From Pontibacter populi (lineage in GTDB: Bacteria > Bacteroidota > Bacteroidia > Cytophagales > Hymenobacteraceae): 40,000 nt of DNA. Below are positions 35,442-40,000 of the stretch, piece by piece. The DNA lies in contig NZ_JBEOKT010000001.1 in the NCBI RefSeq assembly GCF_040278685.1, positions 223,398 to 263,397 of the forward strand. The letters are read 5' to 3'. The notes below the pieces were generated by a model that did no database searches, was not told the DNA's origin, and was given only the letters and a program-made list of their open reading frames with translations. Position 1 is the first letter of the stretch. Each line of letters starts with the position of its first letter. Made by a program: the position numbers and the translations under genes.

Positions 35442-35915
35442 GTGAAGCTGATCTATGTAATATTGGCCGGGCTGGCTGGTGCTGCAGCTATGTCTGCCGT
35501 AATTTACCTGCTCTCTCTGGCAACAAACCGCGTTTTACGAATACCACTGGTGCTCGGAACCATGCTGCTTGGCAGAACCCACCCCGATGGTAGCCTGTCG
35601 AATGGGATGGCTGCTAAACTGGTAGGCGGGCTGGCACACTATACTGTCGGTGTTTTATATGCTATTGGCTACCTGGCTCTCTGGGAAAGTGGCGTAGGCA
35701 CTATTACTGCTTCGTGGGGCATGCTTATTGGTTTAGGAAACGGCATCTTCGCCATGATCATCTGGTATTTCTTTTTCATGATCCACCCCAGGCCACCACA
35801 CATTAAACTGGAAAGATACCTCATCGAAATAGTGTTCAGTCATGTATTTTTCGGCTTTGTCGTTACCTATGTGTATTATCACCTTACACATGTCGAGTAT
35901 CCGTTCTGGCAATGA
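35442..35915 (+). CDS. hypothetical integral membrane protein
   Basis: 157 aa with 4 predicted TM helices. The GTG start is uncertain. Confidence 0.5.
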   Translation: MKLIYVILAGLAGAAAMSAVIYLLSLATNRVLRIPLVLGTMLLGRTHPDGSLSNGMAAKLVGGLAHYTVGVLYAIGYLALWESGVGTITASWGMLIGLGNGIFAMIIWYFFFMIHPRPPHIKLERYLIEIVFSHVFFGFVVTYVYYHLTHVEYPFWQ

Positions 35916-35920
35916 TTTAT

Positions 35921-35991
35921 AGTTTAGGAGTTGGGGAGTTTATGAGTTAGAGAGTTAAAAAGTTTAGAAGTTAGAAAGGGATGAGTTTTAA
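35921..35991 (+). repeat. octad array AGTTNNNN x7 in phase plus one more out of phase; C-free for ~70 nt
   Basis: AGTTTAGG AGTTGGGG AGTTTATG AGTTAGAG AGTTAAAA AGTTTAGA AGTTAGAA at 35921-35976, then AGTTTTAA at 35984. An AATCCTG-type repeat x4 follows at 36018-36057. Confidence 0.7.
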
Positions 35992-36068
35992 CTTCTACTA
36001 AACTATAGTTTGGCAATTAAAATCCTGCACATCCTTTAATCCTGAAAATCCTGATTCAGACGAAAACA

Positions 36069-36104
36069 AAAACGGTCCCGCAGCTATAGTTGCGGGACCG
36101 TTTT
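36069..36104. terminator. bidirectional terminator (rho and the 35442 gene)
   Basis: 14-bp stem AAAACGGTCCCGCA / TGCGGGACCGTTTT with loop GCTATAGT. Confidence 0.85.
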
Positions 36105-36129
36105 CTTATAGTTGATACTAAACTATAGT

Positions 36130-37935
36130 TTAGCCATTCATCGAGATCAGGAATTCTTCGTTGCTCTTCGTGCCAACCATTCTGTCTTTCAGGAACTCCA
36201 TAGCTTCTACAGAATTCATATCTGACATAAACTTGCGCAGTATCCAGATACGGTTCAGTTCATCTCTGTCCATCAGCAGGTCTTCGCGGCGTGTTCCCGA
36301 AGCAGGAACATCGATAGCAGGGTAAATTCTTCTGTTGGCCAGTTTACGATCCAACTGAAGCTCCATGTTGCCGGTACCTTTAAATTCTTCGAAGATAACT
36401 TCATCCATCTTAGAACCTGTGTCGATAAGCGCAGTGGCGATGATAGTTAATGAACCACCATTCTCTACGTTACGGGCAGCACCAAAGAAACGCTTCGGCT
36501 TGTGCAGCGCGTTGGCATCCACACCACCCGATAATATCTTACCAGACGACGGAACAACCGTGTTATAAGCACGGGCCAGACGCGTGATCGAATCCAGAAG
36601 TATAACCACATCGTGGCCGCACTCTACCATTCGCTTAGCTTTATCCAGTACAATGCTCGATACTTTCACGTGGCGCTCGGCAGTCTCATCAAACGTAGAT
36701 GCAATAACTTCCGCTTTTACGCTACGTGCCATATCCGTTACCTCTTCTGGGCGTTCGTCAATCAGCAGGATCATCAGGTATACCTCCGGATGGTTCTCAG
36801 AAATAGCATTGGCTATCTCTTTCAGTAACACGGTTTTACCTGTTTTAGGCTGCGCCACGATCATACCACGCTGGCCTTTACCGATCGGGGCAAAAAGGTC
36901 CAGAATTCGGGTTGAAAGCTGACTTGGCTTGGTAGTTAATTTTAAGCGCTCCTCAGGGAAAAGCGGCGTTAAGTGCTGGAACGGAATACGGTCACGAATT
37001 TCTTCCGTGGTACGTCCGTTTACAGTCTCAACCTTAAGCAGGGCAAAATATTTCTCGCCTTCTTTCGGCGGGCGGATCTGGCCTTTTACAGTATCACCTG
37101 TCTTCAGACCAAATAATTTTATCTGCGATGGCGATACATAAATATCGTCCGGCGATGCCAGGTAGTTATAGTGTGTAGAACGCAGGAAACCATACCCATC
37201 CTGCATCAGCTCCAACACACCTTCGTTTAGTATTATACCATCAAACTCCTTAAAGATATTGCCACCCGCGTTTGCATTCTGCTGTTGTGGGTTGTTACGA
37301 CGCTGATTGTTGTCGTAGCGGTTATCCGGTCTGTTTGATTGCTGGTCGCTGCGTTGCTCGCGGTTATCCTGGCGTGGCTCCCTGTTTTCAGGGCGTTGCT
37401 CGCGGTTGTCGTTGCGGTTTTCAGAACGTTGCTCACGTCCGTCGTTACGCTCGCGTGGCTCGCGGCTTTGCGTTTCGGCACGTTCCGGCCTTGGCTCGCG
37501 GCTTTGGTTCTCAGCTCGCTCTGCTCTAGGCTCGCGGTTTTCTGTGCGTGGTTCGCTTGTTGTCTGTTCCCTGTTTTCGCGGCGAGGCTGTGTACGTTCG
37601 CGTTGCGGGCCGTGATCTTTAACGGGCGCTGAGGCAGGTTTTGGTGCACGCTCTGGTTGCTCGGCACGTGCAATTGGTCTTGCTGCTACCGGGGCTGGAG
37701 CTTCTTCTTCTATAGTTGCAATTTCAGGAGATGATTCGCTTGTTGGGGCGGCAGAACTGGCAGCAGGCTTGATCTTTTTGGGTAATTTCTCAGGAGGGGT
37801 TATGGCTTGCTGATCCAGGATCTTGTAGATGATGTCCTGTTTGCTCAGTTTTTTGAAGTTCTGAACGCCCAGGTCCTCTGCAATTTCCTTGAGTTCTGAA
37901 AGAAGCCTATCTTTCAATTCTTCAATATTGTACAT
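36130..37935 (-). CDS. rho: transcription termination factor Rho with ~180-aa low-complexity N-terminal insertion
   Basis: Rho_N helix bundle, a CSD-like RNA-binding domain, Walker A/B motifs and a conserved C-terminus. 601 aa against 419 aa in E. coli. Confidence 0.95.
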   Translation of the reverse strand: MYNIEELKDRLLSELKEIAEDLGVQNFKKLSKQDIIYKILDQQAITPPEKLPKKIKPAASSAAPTSESSPEIATIEEEAPAPVAARPIARAEQPERAPKPASAPVKDHGPQRERTQPRRENREQTTSEPRTENREPRAERAENQSREPRPERAETQSREPRERNDGREQRSENRNDNREQRPENREPRQDNREQRSDQQSNRPDNRYDNNQRRNNPQQQNANAGGNIFKEFDGIILNEGVLELMQDGYGFLRSTHYNYLASPDDIYVSPSQIKLFGLKTGDTVKGQIRPPKEGEKYFALLKVETVNGRTTEEIRDRIPFQHLTPLFPEERLKLTTKPSQLSTRILDLFAPIGKGQRGMIVAQPKTGKTVLLKEIANAISENHPEVYLMILLIDERPEEVTDMARSVKAEVIASTFDETAERHVKVSSIVLDKAKRMVECGHDVVILLDSITRLARAYNTVVPSSGKILSGGVDANALHKPKRFFGAARNVENGGSLTIIATALIDTGSKMDEVIFEEFKGTGNMELQLDRKLANRRIYPAIDVPASGTRREDLLMDRDELNRIWILRKFMSDMNSVEAMEFLKDRMVGTKSNEEFLISMNG

Positions 37936-38189
37936 AAATGTGGTATGGTGGTTAATGTGATGCCGGAAGCGTGGTGATACGCAAACGCAGCGAGAGTCTT
38001 AAATTATAAATCAGGAAACAGAATAGATTGCGTAGAAATAGTGAGGCTCGGGAAGGGCCTTCGTAATAAATGCACTGCAATGTTATTGCAATAGCACCTA
38101 ATTAACAAATATTACGCGTCATTTTATGCAAAATGTTTCAGAAAACAGGTAAAAGATTTCGGAATTGCCACGTACTACGCAAAAAAGTA

Positions 38190-38197
38190 TATTTTTG
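38190..38197 (+). promoter_or_regulatory. candidate -7 box (TATTTTTG) for serS
   Basis: TAnnTTTG match 23 nt upstream of the ATG. Confidence 0.45.
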
Positions 38198-38219
38198 TAC
38201 CAATACTTAACACGCAACT

Positions 38220-39494
38220 ATGCTACAACTATCCGTTTTAAGGGAGCAGACAGACCTGGTAGTGGCAGGCCTCACCAAGAAAAACTACAAAAATGCAGCT
38301 GATGAAGTTGCTGCTTTACTTGACCTTGACCAGCGCCGCCGGCAGGTACAGAGCGAACACGATGAACTGCAGGCCCGCTCGAATAGTATCTCCAAAGAGA
38401 TCGGAATTCTGATGAAGAACGGCGAACGCGAGAAAGCCGAATCATATAAATCACAGACTACAGAACTAAAGCAGCAGGCTAAAACCCTTGCCGACCAGCT
38501 AACTACCCTGGAAGAGGACTTGCAGGCTGCCTTATATAAGCTACCAAACCTGCCCCACGAAAGTGTACCTGTAGGTAGAACAGCAGAAGATAACGAAGTG
38601 GTGCTGCAGCACGGCGAAATTCCGGAGCTGCATGCCGGTGCGCAACCACATTGGGAGCTTATCCAGAAGTACGACATCATTGATTTTGACCTGGGTAATA
38701 AGATTACAGGTGCCGGTTTCCCGGTTTATAAAAAGCAGGGAGCCCGTTTACAGCGTGCGCTTATCAACTTCTTTTTAGATGAAGCCATGAAAGCTGGCTA
38801 CACTGAGATACAGCCGCCTATATTGGTAAACGAAGCATCGGGCTACGGCACCGGTCAGTTACCGGATAAGGATGGCCAGATGTACCATGCCACTGAAGAT
38901 AACTATTACCTGATACCAACTGCCGAAGTACCAATAACAAATCTTTACCGCGATGTAATTGTGCCGGCTGACCAGTTACCAATTAAGAATGCGGGCCATA
39001 CGCCGTGTTTCAGAAGAGAAGCTGGCTCGTGGGGCGCTGATGTACGCGGCCTGAACCGTTTGCACCAGTTTGATAAGGTAGAAATTGTACAGATAACGCT
39101 ACCAGAGAAGTCGTATGAAGTGTTGGAAGAAATGAGCAGTTATATACAGGGCCTGTTGCAGAAACTTGAGCTGCCATACCGTGTGCTGCGTCTTTGCGGT
39201 GGCGATATGGGCTTTACCTCTGCCCTTACTTACGACATGGAAGTATACTCAACAGCACAGGGCCGCTGGCTGGAAGTAAGCTCTTGCAGTAATTTTGAAA
39301 CGTACCAGGCAAATCGTTTGAAGCTGCGTTACAAAAACGAAGCTGGTAAAACACAGCTGCTGCACACATTAAATGGTAGCGCCCTTGCCCTGCCGCGTAT
39401 AGTTGCCGCCATCCTTGAAAATAACCAGACACCGGATGGTATTAACCTGCCAAAAGTGCTGCACCCATACTTAGGATTTGAGAAGATTTCTTAG
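38220..39494 (+). CDS. serS: seryl-tRNA synthetase
   Basis: N-terminal coiled-coil arm and class II motifs (FRREAGS, GLNRLHQFDKVE, TLNGSALA). Confidence 0.95.
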   Translation: MLQLSVLREQTDLVVAGLTKKNYKNAADEVAALLDLDQRRRQVQSEHDELQARSNSISKEIGILMKNGEREKAESYKSQTTELKQQAKTLADQLTTLEEDLQAALYKLPNLPHESVPVGRTAEDNEVVLQHGEIPELHAGAQPHWELIQKYDIIDFDLGNKITGAGFPVYKKQGARLQRALINFFLDEAMKAGYTEIQPPILVNEASGYGTGQLPDKDGQMYHATEDNYYLIPTAEVPITNLYRDVIVPADQLPIKNAGHTPCFRREAGSWGADVRGLNRLHQFDKVEIVQITLPEKSYEVLEEMSSYIQGLLQKLELPYRVLRLCGGDMGFTSALTYDMEVYSTAQGRWLEVSSCSNFETYQANRLKLRYKNEAGKTQLLHTLNGSALALPRIVAAILENNQTPDGINLPKVLHPYLGFEKIS

Positions 39495-39532
39495 TTTGGA
39501 AATTTAGAGATGTGGAGATTTTAAAATTTTCT
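39493..39532 (+). repeat. weak octad array (RRTTNNNN x5), C-free
   Basis: AGTTTGGA AATTTAGA GATGTGGA GATTTTAA AATTTTCT, starting inside the serS stop codon. Confidence 0.4.
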
Positions 39533-39544
39533 CTTCTAAAGTAT

Positions 39545-39573
39545 AAAAGCCGCTGAGGTCATCAGCGGCTTTT
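39545..39573. terminator. bidirectional terminator
   Basis: 12-bp stem AAAAGCCGCTGA / TCAGCGGCTTTT with a 5-nt loop, between convergent genes. Confidence 0.8.
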
Positions 39574-39592
39574 ATTTTATAGTTTGCTATAG

Positions 39593-39997
39593 TTATCCGA
39601 ATTGTTCCTGGTATTGCTGGTAGTAATTCTTCAGTTTATACTTCTTCAACTCCCCTTCCTTAGCCGCTTTTATAGTTTCTTCGGTTATAGTTTGCTTCTG
39701 CAACAGGTTCATCAGGAGATCATCATCCTCTGATAAACCTTCCTGTATAGTTAGCGCTTCGTATTGCTGCAGGAAATCCGGGTTCAGGCCTAGCTTGTTC
39801 TTATTTATAGTTACCACCTTAGCAGCAACCAGCTTTAGCAGCGCTTCTTCCACTTCCTTCATTTCAAAAACGGTTCCGTCTGCAGCATCGGCCATCAGCA
39901 ACACTTCCTGTAAAGGTGCGCCGCCTTCACCACCTGTCGCTAATAGTATAGCTTCCAAAAATTGTATATCAGTCTCCTGCCAGTTATAGTTCTTCAT
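39593..39997 (-). CDS. hypothetical protein
   Basis: 134-aa acidic, helical ORF with its ATG at 39997. I recognise no family. Confidence 0.5.
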   Translation of the reverse strand: MKNYNWQETDIQFLEAILLATGGEGGAPLQEVLLMADAADGTVFEMKEVEEALLKLVAAKVVTINKNKLGLNPDFLQQYEALTIQEGLSEDDDLLMNLLQKQTITEETIKAAKEGELKKYKLKNYYQQYQEQFG

Positions 39998-40000
39998 CTC

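Noticed and set aside
37233-37673. ORFs 37233..37673(-), 37272..37529(+), 37339..37632(+) and 37406..37615(+) inside rho
   Set aside because: They are alternate frames of the repetitive R/E/N-coding insertion of rho and are open only because of the compositional bias.
37936-38219. Explicit rho promoter or autoregulatory leader in the 284-nt rho-serS divergent region
   Set aside because: A long rho leader is plausible, but I found no clean TAnnTTTG box on the minus strand and no distinctive structure, so no feature is called.
1-40000. rRNA, tRNA, tmRNA, RNase P, SRP RNA, transposases, integrases, phage genes and known defence systems (RM, CBASS, retron, Abi, BREX-like)
   Set aside because: I looked for characteristic sequence or protein motifs on both strands and found none. 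The window is core chromosome apart from the non-coding repeat phenomena reported above.

Overview
This 40-kb window looks like a Bacteroidota chromosome, probably Cytophagales-like, with mid-range GC by eye. The phylum call rests on TAnnTTTG -7 promoter boxes, A-rich leaders without Shine-Dalgarno sites, a Rho with a large N-terminal insertion, an extended S16 and an LptD-like OstA protein. It is mostly syntenic housekeeping DNA. Recognisable genes are treA, meaB, a WD40-DivIVA-folB operon, a PPTase, an acyl-CoA carboxyltransferase, MlaD, an amidase, an LptD-like protein, panB, an RluA-family synthase, a desaturase, rpsP-rimM-trmD, rplS, queD-folE, PBP1A, a methyltransferase-UbiA pair, rho and serS. 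I found no rRNA, tRNA, CRISPR array, transposase, integrase, phage gene or recognisable defence or toxin system, and I do not claim a novel protein-based system. The unusual signals are non-coding. (1) The palindrome AACTATAGTT (core TATAGTT/AACTATA) is hyper-abundant at about one copy per 350 bp, often fused to stop codons, sitting in terminator loops and forcing ATA codons inside genes. (2) Two direct copies of a ~0.7-kb ORF-less mosaic element bracket the rpsP-rimM-trmD-rplS block. The element is built from stem-loop cassettes plus a ~180-nt core that keeps its helices despite sequence change. (3) C-free degenerate 7-8-nt periodic arrays start exactly at several stop codons. Secondary observations are a degenerate lipoprotein pyrophosphatase homologue, a disordered insertion in Rho and a small low-GC islet. 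All counts and structures were made by eye and need computational confirmation.
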